DNA of 64,000 nt from assembly GCF_009914755.1 (NCBI RefSeq), contig NC_060933.1. One strand, given 5' to 3'. The DNA is from the human T2T-CHM13v2.0 reference genome, Homo sapiens. Shown here in pieces: positions 1 to 15,682 of the stretch. The notes beneath the pieces are model-generated. The model was not told where the DNA came from. It was given only the letters and a program-made list of their open reading frames with translations, and made no database searches. Position numbers and translations under genes: made by a program. Every line of letters starts with the position of its first letter. The first letter of the stretch is position 1.

Positions 1-211
1 CAGAGACCATAGTGAAACCCTGACTCTATAGAAAATTTGCCAGGCATAGTGGTCTGTGCCTATAGTCCCAGGTACTCAAGAGGTTGAGGCAAGAGGATCC
101 CTTAAGCCCAGGAGTTTCAGTTTGCAGTGAGTCTCGGTCATGCCATTGCACTCCACCCTGGGTGTCAGAGTAAAAACTTGTTTCCAAAAACAGAAAAAAA
201 AAAAAAAAAAG
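1..211 (+). mobile_element. AluJ (partial, cut by window start)
   Basis: Diverged Alu right arm with A-tail. Confidence 0.8.
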
Positions 212-879
212 GAAAAAAGGCTCAAAATTCTATGTGAAGTCCTCCCTGAATCTGGCTATCTTTTCTCCACGTACACAGGTGTCTCCTTTCTTGGGGCTCC
301 CTTCGTACTTTTTGAATTTTTCTAGTGTCACTTCACCATCTGAGCTGCACATCAGGTCTTTGCATGTCTATCCCCTTTGTTGCTAGACTGTAGCAATCAT
401 CTCTGTGTAGACAGTCTTTATTTTACTAAATATTTATTGAGTTCCTGCTAAGTGGTAGGCACAGGTGTTTAAAGAATGAGAATAAAAGCTGTCAGGGATG
501 GCTTTTCTAGAGATCATGCCTGAGCTGAGACTTAGACAGTGAGATTCACCAGATTAAAAGAGGCAGAGGGCAGGAAAGATAGCACATGCCAGGCAGCGGC
601 AAGAGAGGGAGAGAAGCCTCCCAGAGCGTATGTTTTTGTTTACATGAGAAGGATGGTGACAGGGGCATCACCAGCAGCTCAGAAATGCCAGAAAAAGGGG
701 CAGACAGAGAAAGGGCTGCAGATGGAGAATTGGGCAGAAGCCAGTTTCTGAAAGCCTTATATAAACCAACTATTATTGTCATTTCTTAAATTTTTTAAAA
801 AAGCAAAACAAATTAGAAAAGCATAATTCCAAGAAAAAGACCAACATTTTATTTTATTGTATCTTATCTTATTTGACTT

Positions 880-1165
880 GAATTTTCTGAGAGATGGGGT
901 CTCACTCTGCCACCCAGGCTACAGTATAATGTTGCTATCACAGCTAACTGCAGGCTCAAAGTTCTAGGCTGAAGTAATTCTCCTGCTTTGGCCTCCCAGG
1001 TAGCTGGAATTACAGGTGCAGAACACCACACCCAGTTACAGTTTTTGAAAAAATAGTCACGGGGTCTGGCGATGTTGCCCAGGCTGCTGGACCTCCAAGC
1101 CTCAAGGGATGCTTCTATCTCAGCCTCCAACACTGACTCATTACAGGCAGGAGCCACCGTCCCCA
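880..1165 (-). mobile_element. AluJ
   Basis: Diverged antisense Alu. Confidence 0.8.
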
Positions 1166-1360
1166 GCAACACCAATATTTTCAAATGAATAAACTGGAGC
1201 TCCATCATTTTATTTTATCATGGATGGGTGAAAACCTTGTAATAGACTGATGTACTCCATGGATTTGTGACAAGGAAACTATACCATTAACTACGGCTGA
1301 AGCTTCCCTTGTCTCCCAGTCTCTTTACATGGTTAGGAGTAGAGAACTCAAGTGTCTTAC

Positions 1361-1414
1361 CTTTTGCACGTTCTTTTCTTTTTTTCAAATTTGCAGGCTT
1401 CATAGCTGCTGTTT
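1361..1414 (-). CDS. ANKRD18A: ANKRD18A exon 7 (ETAAMKPANLKKRKERAK); gene continues beyond the window start
   Basis: TGACAG| acceptor, AAG|GTAAGA donor, 54 nt, phase 1-1; matches recalled ANKRD18A protein. Confidence 0.85.
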
Positions 1415-1654
1415 CTGTCAAACATGCAAACTTGTTAGATATTCCTTCTGGAAAACATCATCCCTCTGCCTCCTTACCTGGCAAAGTTTCACTTACTCTG
1501 CATGCTTACCCTAAATCCTACCCATCTTTTTTAGAAGCTTGCACTCATCACCACAAATTTAAAAGTGAATGGCATCTAATGAACATACCAAATACACAGT
1601 AAATAATAACTATAGGCTCCCAGGTGACATCTATCCTCCATCTATCCTCTACAA

Positions 1655-1920
1655 AATGGGTCAGTACACTGCAGACCACAGGCCAAATCCTGCCTACCAT
1701 ATGTTTTTTCTCAATGCAGTTTTATGAGAGTACAGTCATGCCTATTCACTGACATGCTACCTATGACGGCTTTCACACTACAATGGCAGGGTTGAGTAGC
1801 TACGACAGAGACCACATGGCCTTCAGCTGCTTAAATCGTTCTTGAAAAAGAGAGAGAGAGACCACATGGCCTAAAATATTTCCTATTTGGCCCTTTACAG
1901 AGAAAGCTTGCCAATCCCAG
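1655..1920. mobile_element. MER58-like hAT-Charlie MITE with internal insert
   Basis: ggccaaatcctgccta..., cctaaaatatttcctatttggccctttacagagaaagcttgccaatccc; direct repeat agagaccacatggcc flanks a roughly 35-bp insert. Confidence 0.7.
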
Positions 1921-2218
1921 CTTTATACCCTGAACAGAATGCCCTAAATCTCAAATTGAATCTAATGCCTCCCCTGCTTACAATTTTCCAATGAATTTCT
2001 AGAGCAAACACTGTTGGCTCCCTACCCAAGAGCAGTTCCTTGTTGTTTCTTGCTGGAGAATCACAAATCTATGTGGATATTTATTATCCCAATACCCCTC
2101 CTCATCTTCAAAACATAAGTGATTATTCTAAGCTAATCATATAACTACATTTGCTTTCCCAGTGCCTGGTTTAGGAATGAGCATGTGGTGTGACCCAGCT
2201 AATAAAATATTACAGAAA

Positions 2219-2515
<297 letters not shown>

Positions 2516-3064
2516 TACAAAAAGTCCCCTGCATGCTTCTGAATTTTCTCCCAATTTAAAAGACACATGTGAAGAAAAGCAGCCCTTCCAGCCTTTAGAT
2601 ACTGTCTTGTGAGAACATGGTGTTTGGAGCTGTTGCTAAGTAGCCAACCATGAAGGGAGACATGAACAAGACACTGCCAACAGCATAACTGAAAGAGGAA
2701 CAAGTGGAATCCAATAATATCACTGGACAACCAAAACAAGTCTGGTTCTTATGGTTTTGGCCACTGTTAGGTCTTCCAGTATTTGCAGCCAAAAGCATTC
2801 TACCTCAGAAGTTTCCCCTGGCCTACAGGATAAGATCTACTCATTTCTATACTATTAGAAGTCTTTTATTGAACTTGTATCTAGACACAGGTAAAACAAC
2901 AACAAAGTCTTTCCCAAGCTTGCCTTCACTGACACGTACTAAGTATAATAAATAATAACTATAAGCTATTTTCACCTCATTACCAAGCACTCCATATATT
3001 TTTTTTTTGCACTAGTAAATTTGAACTGCTCATAAACTCTACAAAGTTCACTCAGGTGTCCTAC

Positions 3065-3118
3065 CTTTTGAACTTGCTCCTTGTGTTTTAAAACTTTCAT
3101 TCTTCATGGCTGCTGCTT
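3065..3118 (-). CDS. Candidate alternative 54-nt cassette exon (EAAAMKNESFKTQGASSK), duplicate of exon 7
   Basis: TGACAG| acceptor, AAG|GTAGGA donor, phase 1-1, no stop; homologous to 1361-1414 together with about 220 bp of intron. Confidence 0.55.
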
Positions 3119-3826
3119 CTGTCAAACATGCAAGCTTGTTAGATACTCTTTCTGCCAAGCATCATCCCTCTGCCTCCTTACCTGGCAAAGTTCCACTCAC
3201 TCTGCACGCTTACCCTAAATCCTACCCACATTTTAGAAGATTGCATTCATCACCACAAACGTAAACGTGCCTGGCACATACTGAACGTGATACATATGTA
3301 ATAAATAATAACTATAAGCTCCCAGATGACATTGGACACACAGTAAGCACTATTTCAGGTAGTAAATAAAATAAATAACAGTGGTAATAACAATCTCCCA
3401 ACTGTATTTTTTAAATGTATTTTGTAACATTGGAAAAATGCTTAGTCTGTAACAGATACATGATAGTTATTATTTAAGTGGACAAGTATTTGAATGAATT
3501 ACAGTATTTTTCTTAAAAACTCTGTTGAAAAAACACAAAAATTAAATAGTTATCTATATTCTATTATGAGCACCTTAAAGACAAAAACTATGTCAATTCC
3601 ATCTTTGTCTCCTGCAATTTGCCAAACCTAACTTATAGAAGTGGTTTGACAATTATGTACTAAGTTAACGGTGTCTTTATACAGTTCAGATTGTACAATG
3701 CATTAGGTGTTACATTTTTGTTATTGTGAACCATTTTTATAATTTTATTATAATTTTTGGAGCCTAGAGTTTGGCTATTGGAACATTTATTATGATTATC
3801 TCTTGCCTAATGGTAACAGAGTATGG

Positions 3827-4113
3827 TTTTTTTTGAGATGGAATCTTGCTCTGTCACCCAGGCTGGAGTGCAGTGGTGCATTCCGGCTCACTGCAATCTC
3901 CACCTCCTGGGTTCAAGCAATTCTTCTGCCTCAGCCTCCAGAGTAGTTGGGAATACAGGTGCCCACCCCCATGCCTGGCTAATTTTTGTACTTTTAGTAG
4001 AGATAGGGTTTCACCATGTTGGTCAGGCTGGTCTCAAACTCCTGACCTCAAGTGATCTGCCTTCCTTGGTCTCCCATGTGCTGGGATTACACATGAGCCA
4101 CCACGCCCAGCCT
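3827..4113 (-). mobile_element. AluS
   Basis: Antisense Alu, TSD tggtaacaga. Confidence 0.88.
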
Positions 4114-4479
4114 GGTAACAGATTATCTTGTTCCAATAAAATTACTATTATTATAATAATTATCCAGCACATAAAAAAACACAGCTTGTTCTAAGAAGTG
4201 AATATATCTCATGAGGTTCCAACTTATGGTGAATAAATTAAAAATAGACCTTGTTTGTATAAGAATATGTAACATAACTTCTGCTTCTTGGAAAGGAATT
4301 ACTTTTCTGTCTTCTGCATTCAGTAGCTATCTTCAAAAATAATCTCCTATTTGTATGGGTGCACATTAGCTCAGTTTTATGGTTCTTATTGCCATTTGTT
4401 TACGGTGTCAGAAAGGGATTGTTGAATTCCTAGTTCTAAAGACAGTTACGTTCTTAGTGACACAGATTCCTGTGTAATG

Positions 4480-4914
4480 CAGTTGACCCTTGAACAACAA
4501 GAGTTTGAACTGCAGGGGTCCACTTATACGCAGATTTTTCTTCTGCTTCTGCAACCCAGAGACAGCAAAACCAACCATTTTCTTCCTCCTCAGCCTAATC
4601 AACCTGAAGATGATAAAGATGAAGACTTTTGGGAGGATTTGCTTATGTTTATGAACAGTAAGTATATTTTTTTCTTTTCTATGATTTTCTTTATAACAGC
4701 TTCATTTCTCTAGCTTCCTTTATTCTAAAAGCATAGTATATAATAATGCAACACATACAAATACGTGTTCACTGACTGTTCATGTTATCAGTAAAGTTTC
4801 CAGTCAATGGTAGGTTATTAGTAGTTACGTTTGGAAGGAGTCAAAGTTATACTCAGATTTTCAACTCCACAGGGATCACAGTCCCTAACCCCCACAATAT
4901 TCAAGAATCAATTG
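4480..4914 (+). mobile_element. Tigger2a/MER28-like TcMar DNA transposon
   Basis: Left terminal inverted repeat (TIR) cagttgacccttgaacaa and degenerate right TIR tattcaagaatcaattg. Confidence 0.8.
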
Positions 4915-5245
4915 GAATTAATATTTAGTTACTAAATGTAAACCATTTACTATAAAAATTAAATAGAAGATCCATTTGCATAACAAGTCCAATGCGTAAC
5001 AATGTAATTATGGAGGAAATTGCAACATATTAACTTAATCTAATTTCTTATTTATATTAATACAAAAATATGTAGAATTTCAAGGATCATAAGTAGGTAA
5101 ATGAATTTTTTCAGACAATACTGTTTGAGATTGAGAATTAGCTACAAATTCCTAAATAACTCTGAATTCTAAACTAAAGAAATTAAATTTAAAAAATTAA
5201 TTTATATATAAACATATATATTTTAAACTGCTCTTTTATGATTAA

Positions 5246-5739
<494 letters not shown>

Positions 5740-6714
5740 TGAAAAATATTTGCCAAACAGATTAAATTCTTAAAGCATTTCAGACAATATCAGAGCTAAT
5801 ATCAGAAATCTAATGTCCGATACACTTTAAAATTTTAAGCTCTATAAACTTATTAAGCTTCTAATTGAACAAGAAAAACAGGAAGTGCTCATAAACTGAG
5901 AAAAGCATAGCTCAGTAAATTAATTCTAGTTAGCTTAACAGCCTGGAAACTGTCCTGCATTCACAGTAAGTCCTCGCTCTGTAACCAATAGGTATTTTGT
6001 TTTCAGACCAGTTGCTTCTCTTAGCCTCCATGGCTTCTTCTAAAAAATAAAGGTTTTACTACTTGACTTCACTAGGTCATTAGGAAGATGCAATGAGAAA
6101 ACATGTTTAAATGTTCAGAGAAATAGTAAAGCAATGGAAAAATTTATTCTTGAACTGCATTGCTGAAACCATTTTGGAATCTCAAATAAAACCTGATGAG
6201 TGTTTTTCCATAGTTTCTAATATTCGAATGTCACAGTTTTCAGAGAATGTTATTAAGTGCTAATTTTGGTTATTAGTTCTATTTATTGTGGCTTGTAGTT
6301 CAGAGCATTTTAGCTAGTTCATAACTTGTAACTAAATTTATATACAAATATATTATTATCTCATTAAAACATATACTCTAATTTTCCCCTATTACTGAAC
6401 TCATCAATCACACCAAGGGCAGAAAACTAATAGGTGTCAAAACCTGGCTGGGACAACTACCATTCCTTCTCTACCTCCTCAAACTCAGAGCCAGCAGGTC
6501 TGTGTTAGAGGCTGCATCTTCTTGGTCCTCTCCAACTGACATACAAGACAAAGCCCTGCTTGTATTGTTTTTCAGTTCCAGATGCAAGTTGATGTTTCCT
6601 CATTTCCAAGTCATGTACTAACAACATATTTGCATGTAACATCCCGTGTGCTACTCAGCTCTGTTCTCATTTCACAGATCACCTTACATGAATACTTTTA
6701 TAATGATTTTCATT

Positions 6715-6965
6715 ATGAGATTATATAATCTATAATTATATAATATATAGATTATATAATCTATAACTATATAATAATAGATTATATAATCTATAACTAT
6801 ATAGCTATATATATTTATAATAATAATATAAATATAAAAATATAAAATATAAACTATAAATAAAAATTTAAAATAACATAAATATAAAAATAATATAATT
6901 ATATACATTATATAATAATTATATAATATATAGATTATATAATCTATATGTAATATAATCTCACA
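6715..6965. repeat. AT-rich low-complexity tract with repeated palindrome TAGATTATATAATCTA
   Basis: Palindrome at 6748-6763, 6778-6793 and 6931-6946, plus a partial copy at about 6718. Confidence 0.85.
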
Positions 6966-7398
6966 TAAATATAAGAGATTTTCATTATTATGGAAACACA
7001 TTACTTGAGGGGCCAACTCCAAGTTGGTCCCCATTACTCTATTGAAGGATAATGTACACAGGTCAGAAAAAAGCCTCAAGGTACAGATGTGATAACAAAA
7101 GGCAAAGAGACCTCTATTCTCTTCCTGCAACATTATTTGAACATCCCTAGCTGTTGAGTACAATCCCAACTAATATTTGCTAGAGAAAAAATGGACACTG
7201 GTCTCAAAGGATAACATACCATGAAGGTACAGGCTAAGCCTAGCCAAAAGGTGGGCTACAAATAAGATTTTTAGTGTTGGGGGAAGGTCAACTTACTCAC
7301 TATGTGTGTGGGTAGAGCCAGGAGGCCTCGCTGCCAGAGCAGGGTGCTGGGAACAATGGCTGAGCCTATGTACATGAACTAAAAAACACTGTAGCTGT

Positions 7399-7738
<340 letters not shown>

Positions 7739-8437
7739 TCACCATGAAGAGTGAGGGATCTGAATCAGTAAGGGCATCCTGGTGGCAAAAGTCAATCATT
7801 ACCAGATTGCAGGACCAGTTACAATGGCAGCAATACAGCAAGTGAATCAATGGAAACAACAGAATGACTAGAATGGCCTTTTCCCCTCTTCTTCTGACTT
7901 GTAAAGCAAGATTGTCTTCCTTGGGCTTAGGGAACCCCTTAGCTTTTTGAAAAATTCAAAGGAGGAAGGCATAGGAGGTAGCCCTAGGGGATAATACAAG
8001 ATTTTCTGCTAAAGTGGACATTTCAAGACCCAATAACTAATTAGAAAAGTCAGGCCAGGCATGGTGGCTAGCAGTTTGCGAGGCCAAGGCAGGAGAATCA
8101 CTTGAGCTCAGGAACATGAGCAACATAGTGAGACCTTGTCTCAAAAAAAAAAAAAAAAAGGAAGAAAGAAAGAAAAAGTAAAAGATGGACATTATTTCTA
8201 TCTCACATATGAGTTATACTTGGAATAAAATGAACAACACTGAGATTCCTAGGGATAAAGGTCTTTAAAAGTCCGGAAAGAATCTTGCACTCATTGCTAC
8301 TTCTAACTAGTCTAGCTTTCTGTGTGATTTCTGGCTAAAAAGTGGACTAACTTGTTGCCATTCCAAGCTACCTCAACCAAACTATGAACTGTCACCTAAT
8401 GTATAAGATGCAATAGTTACAATTATTTTAAACCTTA

Positions 8438-8638
<201 letters not shown>

Positions 8639-9027
8639 TCAAGAACTTTGATGAAGATATTTAATTAGCAAATTGGATACACTTTACCAATTTCATATCT
8701 TGCCTGTCAGGATAGACATAATAACCATTTACATGTACTAGCTTATGTGTATAAGCATCTTGGGTGCTCAAGTGTTCATCTTGTTAAATTACCACCAAGG
8801 CTAAAAGGCAGGGACAACAAGCAAACTTCGTGTCCCATTGGGACATGACGTAATACAAATTGCTAATTTATAGTCCTTTGATGGCCAAGAAACTGTGCTG
8901 AGGTCACTTATCTAAAGTGGGCAAAGATTTAGGTGAAGATTTTCCCATTGCTTTCCCATTGCTTTGAATTATATTGTAATTCAAAGTCAGCTAGGGATCA
9001 AATAAATAAGAGCTATCTGCAGGCTGA

Positions 9028-9100
9028 AAACAACAGCATCAACAACAACAGCAACAACTATAATAATAATAATAATAATAATGGTAATAGTAGTAGTTGT
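9028..9100. repeat. Compound (CAA)n-(TAA)n-(TAG)n microsatellite
   Basis: Read directly in intron 4. Confidence 0.85.
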
Positions 9101-9373
9101 AAACTGAAAGTTAAAGTCTACACTTCATAAAATTAATAAAATACAAACCCCCTTTAGCTAATATAAGATTACAGGACCAAAAACACCAAATTACAAATAA
9201 CAGTCTATAAGAGAAGATGAATCCTACTATATACTGTTTTTTGTGTTGCTTAGTCCAAATAACTTCTTTTCTACCTGATTATTCATGTTACTTTTTACTA
9301 TATGCCAATAATTATAAGTTTAATCTTATTAACATTTCTGACTTGAGTGACTGTTACCGCTCTAGAACACTCA

Positions 9374-9544
<171 letters not shown>

Positions 9545-10699
9545 TTATAATTCACAAAATTACATATTTCTCCACTGAACTAAAAATCTTCTATAAGATG
9601 CTATGAACTTAAACATGCAATATAGAGAGAAAGTAAATGCAAAGCAGTCCCGTCCCTTTCACTCCTCTGTGCTTTCCCACACACTGCCTTGAAACACCCC
9701 TCCTCTGCCTCCCCACATTAACTTCAGTCATCTCCAAAACTCACTTTATTTACCAGTCCCCAAAATCCTTGCTTCTATCTCAGCATTTAGCACAGTCCAT
9801 TGTAATTATTTCATTGTTTCCCACTGAAACCAAGAGATTCTCAAGGGCAAGGGCTGTATCTTTTTTCTCTATAACCCTAAAACCTAAGACATAGTAGCGA
9901 ATGCTTTAAGTTTTTAAAATAAATTAATGATCTAAATTATTACCTCTAGAGAAGTGTTTCTTAAACTATATTTCAAAGAGTAGTTGTTTTACCGAAAGAA
10001 CTGTACCCCAACAAAAAGATTCCATGATCATCTGCATTTGAGAAGTATTAAAAACTATATTACATGGCCAACAATCTAGAAATCCCTTGAACTTTGCCTA
10101 ATCTCAATTTGACAATGCTTTTTGTGGCAAACATTAACATTTTAGGAACTAGAGTTTCAGGGATACAGTTGCCAGAGCTTCCCAATACAAGTGGAGGTTT
10201 CCTCTGGGTGGCACAAACTTGCTTGATTTATGTCTATCAATGGTCTCAGGATGCCAATGTCAGGCACTCCTGATCCAAAGGGGCCACTAAGGAAATGAGC
10301 TCTGAATTAAGAGAGATTGGCTTCAAATGCACTTATTTTCCTTATTATTAAATACTCCATGGGATTTCTCCTAATGCAAGAGGATAGATTTTTATCTTAA
10401 CTATTAGAAAGCTCAGTATGTTCTGTGTAAGAGAGACCAGTTAAAACTTTTTGAAAATAAATATTAAAAAGCAAAGCTCAGTAAGAAATTCTATTCTCAA
10501 TTATAATGATAATCCTGGGACGTTAATGCAACTTTACTTTTTAAATCCATTTGTATTGATTTCCATTTAAATTGCTATTTAACATTATTTTTTTTACTTT
10601 AGGCAAAATATAAATCAGAAATAAAAATACAATGGCTTATCAAAAAAAGTTCTAATACTGATGTATAGGGCTTGTTTCTAGCATAATAAGAGCCAATAA

Positions 10700-11018
<319 letters not shown>

Positions 11019-12421
11019 GTCACTTGCATTTTTAAGGGACATTGCTGAGAAGAAAGATATAATGTCTGCAATATTCATAATCTATCCACTTCTCAGCAGG
11101 AATAACCTAAAAGGGCTTCTAGGCATTCTTATGAGCAGATGACTATTTGTGGTATAGATATAAAAAAAGAGTTAAAAAAACTTCTGAATTCTAAAATTCA
11201 ACTCTATAATTGAGGGATTTATATAAACTATAGACTATATATTATGAACCAATATATGCTGTCTTGAAAACCTTGAAATCTTTATGAAAATATATTATAA
11301 AAAAGGAGTTAAAGCTCAAATACTTATAAGGATGAAGGAGGTTACCTAAGTAAGTGAAGTACTCAGGTGGGCACAGTAGCAAACTGGAGAATATGTGCCT
11401 CCTACCCAGGGCAACCTCTGCGCAGCAGACCAAGCAGTGATGTGGTTCTGGGGACACCAGATTTGTTTCTTAAGCCTGAGGTCCAGACTTCTGCATGAGT
11501 CCACTAAAGTTTACATGTTGACTCAATTCAAAGAGGCAAAGAACAAATCTATACGCCACATTTAGACTATAGCTCTTGTGTTTTTATATTTGCTGTGAAT
11601 GTGTTGCTAAATGATTGTGTATAAACCAAGTATTTGCATGTGGAACTTTTTCTCTGTCTAGTATCGTATGTTTAATAAAAAAACTCAGGCCCTGATATAT
11701 ACATAATAAAAATTGCTGTTAACACTCATAATACCCACCTCAAGAATTTTCCCAACATTTATTCATTTGCAATCTATGTGCATATAATTTTCCCAGATTG
11801 TTCACCAAATGGACAATTAGTTCATAGGAATGCTGAAACTAAATTATTAAAAGAATTCCTATTGTATTCTCACTGACTTCAAGGATTTCAGTGTTTAAAA
11901 CTGACATCCTGATAATGCCAAAGCTCTATAAACTTAATAGGCATACTGAGATAGTCCCTAATACAACTGCAACTGAAACAAAAAGGTTCAAGATTTGCTA
12001 CCGATCTAATTGAGAAAATCTCACTTGTAATGAACATTTGCTGACACATAATCACTTGAATGGTGACAAAGGAACATGAAATTGTGAAAGGGTCAGTCTC
12101 TACTTATTGAAAGATTACCCACAAGTAAATTGCTAAAGACTGTCTGAATGGCAGTGAGTGATTCATGGTGGGAAGCAAAAAGTGTTATTCTGTAAGCTGA
12201 GCGATATTGCCAATGATATTCCCTTTCACTTCCCAGTCACAAATGTAGAGAAAGACAGATAAGTCAGTTTAATGTTATTGGAAAAGAAAACTTTGAAGAA
12301 AGTAGCACCTATCGAATGCCAACTCTTTTAGAGATTTCTTATGTCTTTGACATACAGGAATTTATATCCTGCACTTATCTATTCTGTGCTTCTTAATCAG
12401 GAGTGTATTCGAACACTGAGG

Positions 12422-12650
12422 TTTTTTTTTTTTTTTTTTTTTTTTGCTCTTGTTGTGGTAAGAGACAAGAGTCTTACTATGTATTTTTAGTAGAGACGGG
12501 GTTTCACCATGTTAGCCAGGATGGTCTCCATCTCCTGACCTCGTGATCTGCCCGCCTCAGGCTGGACTTAAACTCCTAGGCTCAAGCAATCCTCCCACCT
12601 CAGCCTCCTGAGTAGCTGGGACTACAGGAACATGCCACAGTGCATGGCTT
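12422..12650 (-). mobile_element. Chimeric Alu: old FLAM/AluJ monomer with an embedded 80-bp AluY fragment
   Basis: cttactatgt-[atttttagtagagacggg...cccgcctc]-aggctggacttaaactcctaggctcaagc. Confidence 0.7.
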
Positions 12651-13684
12651 CAAGAAAATATTTTTAACCATACATGTTCAGAACTTATTAGATCTATTAC
12701 ATCAAAATCCTCAGGGGAAAGCCTACACTTGTAGACTTTTAACAAAATTTCCCCAGGTCATTGTAATGCACAATTCTAGCTGAGAATTACTGCAGCAGAC
12801 AATCACTTCAGTTTCATCTCTCACCCACATGGCCAATATCCTTTATCAGCTTGGGATGTGGCCAGAGAGGAGTATGAGATAGAGTTATGTATTAAAATTC
12901 CAGTTAATTTTCCTGGGTGTGGGTATATCAGGGACAAGTAAACTCAAAATCCCAGTTGATTTTGCTATTTATAAGCTGCTTATCTCCCACCTTCTCATCA
13001 AGATATTCTAGATTTGAAAGGAGAGTTTAGACTCTTATCTAAGTTGCTGTTTTTGCCGGGATGGGTAATAAGTCAGTTACTAATTTGTTCCACCCTTTGC
13101 TGAAGTGTTTCTCACTTCATCACCGTATATTCACTGCCAATCTGGTTTCCTCAGAGTCCTCTAAAAATTAATCTTTAGGCAAGTTTCGGTCACTCTTTTT
13201 ACCAAACCAAAAATGATTACCCCAAAGCTGAAGAGCGCTTTGTCTCAATACATAAACTGGAAAAACAACAAACTAAAAAACAAAACCTCTTCTTGGCATT
13301 TTCCCTCATTACCTAATTTCCAAGTGACCTGCATGTTTTTGATTGCTCTCCTTTTCCCTTTCTATTTTTCCCTGTTAAACCTTGCCCATGAAAGATACAT
13401 CCATTTTGTTAGAAAACCGTCAGCAGCAGCAAGACTTCCATTTATTGTAAGTTGCTTTAGTTTTGAGTTTTAAGATAAAGCCTATTTCCAGGGTAATTTT
13501 TTCCCTGTGCTGTTTTTACACTAATTAGAAAAAAAATACACCTGGGGTAGGAAACAAATACTTGAAAAGAAGAAGTTTTACCTTAACAAATTCACAAATA
13601 CTTCCCATACGTGCACTAAAATAGCTGTGCCCTCTAATGCTTCTTTAAAAGTATCAATATTTAAAGTAAAATTTTAGACAATTA

Positions 13685-13969
<285 letters not shown>

Positions 13970-14089
13970 CTATTAGTGTTAGATAAAAAACTAGACTATA
14001 AATTCTAAGAATTCAAAATACATATTCCACAGGTTTCACCAACTAGCTATATTTAAATGAGACAAATTCATTTTAATTCTATGTATTTA

Positions 14090-14296
<207 letters not shown>

Positions 14297-14429
14297 CTAC
14301 AATGGTCCATGTCATTGTAAACATTGAATGGCATTATTCCTCTGCCTTCAAAACAAATAATTTTCTTTTGAAGAAAGTACAATATTTATTAGCTCTTACT
14401 GCTCCCTACCTTAATGAAACAGCAGCCTA

Positions 14430-14655
14430 TTTGGATAGAATGAGCTTGGTGTTTGGATTCAGCTTAACTAGGGCTTGAGTTCTACTTTGAACTCGGTCAC
14501 GTACCAGCTATTGCTTAGCCTTTCTGTGCCTGAATTTCCTCATTAATAAAGATGACCACAGCAGCTAGCTCACAGGACACCACTGTGATGCTTAAATGAA
14601 AATCTATGTAAAGCATTTAGAACTGTTTCCAGAACAAGCAACAACTCAATAACTG
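14430..14655. mobile_element. MIR
   Basis: ctttctgtgcctgaatttcctcatt ... tatgtaaagcatttagaac core motifs. Confidence 0.6.
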
Positions 14656-14659
14656 TTAG

Positions 14660-14957
14660 ACTTTTGTTTGTTGAGACACGGTCTTGCTCTGTTGCCCAGG
14701 CTGGAGTGCAATGGTGTATTTATACCTCACTGCAGCCTGGCACTTGTAGGCTCAAGCAAACCTCCTGCCCCAGCCTCCTGAATAGCTGGGACCACAGGAG
14801 TGCACCAGCATGATCAGCTAATTTTTAAATTTTTTTTTGTAGAGTAGGAATGTCACCTTGTTGCCCAGGCTGGTCTCAAACTCCTAGCATCATGGGAACT
14901 TCCCACCTCAGCCTTCCAAAGTTCTGGAATGACAGGTGTGAGCCATGCACTCAGCCA
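14660..14957 (-). mobile_element. AluJ
   Basis: Diverged antisense Alu. Confidence 0.82.
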
Positions 14958-15361
14958 GATGTTATAATTATATTACTAGTATTTAACAAAAATATTTTAA
15001 TTAAGTAAAATGATACAATTATTGCTATTTTGCAGGATGATTTAAAGATTAGGTCACATTTTAGCATATCTGATATTGGAGTGGTATTTATAATTCATAA
15101 TTTTTATATGGTAGCATTTATAATTGGTAGCATTTAAAAATCATCTTATTAATATAGAAAATAGTAGGGTATCACACAATCCATGAGGTCTTACATTAAG
15201 TAGAATACTGTATACACAGCAGGTCTAGGGCAATTCTAGGAATCTAATTGACACTTAAATACATTTTAATTCCTCAAAGTACCATGGGGAAAGAGCACTG
15301 AAATAACAACATATTTTTTAAACAAATTACTTCTTACTTTGATTTTTAAAAATGGGAAGCT

Positions 15362-15682
<321 letters not shown>

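Noticed and set aside
6684-7169. 161-aa Ile/Tyr-rich ORF
   Set aside because: Comes from the AT-rich low-complexity tract.
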